Virus record (IMG/VR): IMGVR_UViG_2690316028_000008
Source of the DNA: a virus
Taxonomy: Duplodnaviria; Heunggongvirae; Uroviricota; Caudoviricetes
Reading direction: 5' to 3' (one strand)
Length of the DNA: 7,242 bases
The notes beneath the pieces were generated by a model. It saw only the letters and a list, made by a program, of their open reading frames with translations, ran no database searches and was not told where the DNA came from. Both the position numbers and the translations under genes were made by a program. Of the stretch, positions 6,409 through 7,242 are shown in pieces. How positions within the stretch are numbered: the first letter of the stretch is position 1; every line of letters begins with the position of its first letter.

Positions 6409-7057
6409 TCTGGCAATAAGATAATTACGAAACTTTAGACTTATTACTTAAGTGGAGGTGGCGCGAGTCGCTAGCGAGTAAGACTGTCTCTTATATGTAC
6501 CAGAAGCACAACTGACGATGCTCCAAAATCATAGTCACCGCTGCGTAGCAAGCTGTGGCCTCTCGCTACTCCCGGGTGCCCCAGTTACAACGTTGTGGGT
6601 TGCATAAGAAATCTGTCCCGCCGGATTAGAGTGGTGGTGGATTACTGACTGTACTCTGCGTTCAATACAGAGACAGCCCGGAACAGGCAGTAATTGATGC
6701 CGGAACGAGACTATTTAAGAACAAACCGCCCCCGGTTAGCAGGATCGTCTCGGCCGGCAGGAAAGCATGCTAACACCTACATGAAGTCCCTGTCAGTGCA
6801 GGCCCCAGACTCAACACCACCAATCTACTTTTCACCACTGCGAAGTAAGGGGCGCTACGCCCGGTTATGCAGGGGCAGTTTTTCTCCTGTGCGCTTTTCG
6901 TTCCTCTATCGGCTTCCTGTTAATCGTTTCCCAACACAACCCGTCCCGCAAGGGTAAATGGCACGCATGCTGCGCCCTTGCAGGACAGAACGATGTCGGG
7001 AAAGCGAACCGTCAGGCGATACGAAGACGAAAATCACACACTGACGGAGAAAAAACG

Positions 7058-7237
7058 ATGACGATTTCCCTGCATACCACCCGGACAAGCGCCCCTAACA
7101 CCGCAGCGGCGACCAGCGTATCCCCGCTGGACCCGTCAGGCTCCTCAAAAACGAAATTTTCTAAAACCAGAACCGACATTTACCGTAAGCGTCGTCTGAG
7201 TACCGTCTGGTCCCGAATCCAGGATCCTGTAACTTAA
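7058..7237 (+). CDS. Hypothetical small protein (59 aa)
   Basis: ATG 7058 is preceded by GGAGA (7046..7050) at 7-nt spacing, followed by 59 codons and TAA 7235..7237. It falls below the 60-aa cut-off of the supplied track. Hand translation: MTISLHTTRTSAPNTAAATSVSPLDPSGSSKTKFSKTRTDIYRKRRLSTVWSRIQDPVT. The N-terminal half is Ser/Thr-rich and the C-terminal half is basic. I recognise no family, and it may not be a real gene. Confidence 0.3.
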   Translation: MTISLHTTRTSAPNTAAATSVSPLDPSGSSKTKFSKTRTDIYRKRRLSTVWSRIQDPVT

Positions 7238-7242
7238 GCACC

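Noticed and set aside
6484-6495. CTGTCTCTTATA, identical to the first 12 nt of the Tn5 mosaic end / Nextera adapter sequence
   Set aside because: The match ends after 12 nt (TGTAC follows instead of CACAT). There is no inverted partner copy, no transposase and no target duplication. It is most likely a chance match, not an IS end or adapter contamination.
6290-6596. Perfect palindromes AGCCAATTGGCT (6290..6301), TCGCTAGCGA (6468..6477) and ACAACGTTGT (6587..6596)
   Set aside because: About 2 perfect 12-bp palindromes and about 7 perfect 10-bp palindromes are expected by chance in 7.2 kb. None is repeated or positioned relative to a supported promoter, so I do not call them operators.
123-7065. 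11-nt direct repeat ACGATGACGAT at 123..133 and 7055..7065, bracketing the cassette like att or target-site repeats
   Set aside because: By my rough estimate a window this size should contain several chance 11-mer repeats. The copies do not coincide with the compositional boundaries (about 160 and about 6190), and the flanking bases do not extend the match.
6694-7088. ORFs 6694..6957 (+, 87 aa) and 6906..7088 (-, 60 aa) in the GC-rich flank
   Set aside because: They overlap each other and the hairpin at 6943..6986. The first starts at a non-ATG codon with no Shine-Dalgarno. Both give Arg/Ser/Pro-rich sequence typical of random frames in GC-rich DNA. I recognise no family.
1-7242. Scan by eye for CRISPR repeats, tRNA/tmRNA, retron msr-msd with reverse transcriptase, IS elements, integrase and the 19-nt P2/P4 cos sequence (GGCGAGGCGGGGAAAGCAC)
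   Set aside because: I found no regularly spaced repeats, cloverleaf candidates, RT, transposase or integrase ORF, and no match to cos on either strand. The idea that this is a P2/P4-type hotspot therefore remains an unverified analogy, not a call.

Overview
This 7.2-kb window holds a strongly AT-rich accessory cassette of about 6 kb (roughly 160..6190). Every credible gene in it is on the minus strand. The flanks are more GC-rich and ORF-poor, and I cannot assign them. The cassette has two transcription units. (1) A tightly packed, partly overlapping five-gene operon (6147 down to 2318) encodes a thymidylate-synthase-fold pyrimidine hydroxymethylase homolog, a dNMP-kinase-like P-loop kinase, an aGPT-Pplase-like DNA base hypermodification protein, a ThsB/DUF1863-type TIR-like protein and an Nmad2-family protein. 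The first three form the core toolkit of phage thymidine hypermodification. Here there are no phage structural, replication or pool-clearing genes, and the module is joined in one operon to a TIR-like and an Nmad2 protein. This is my lead candidate for an undescribed nucleotide/DNA-modification-based (possibly defence) system. (2) After a 340-bp spacer lies a stand-alone OLD-family ATPase-TOPRIM nuclease gene (1977 down to 190). Its frame carries an in-frame TAG at codon 9, upstream of the Walker A motif. I found no tRNA, rRNA, CRISPR array, transposase, integrase or recognisable att/cos site. All family assignments come from motif recognition by eye and from remembered reference sequences, so they need profile-HMM confirmation, which I cannot run here.
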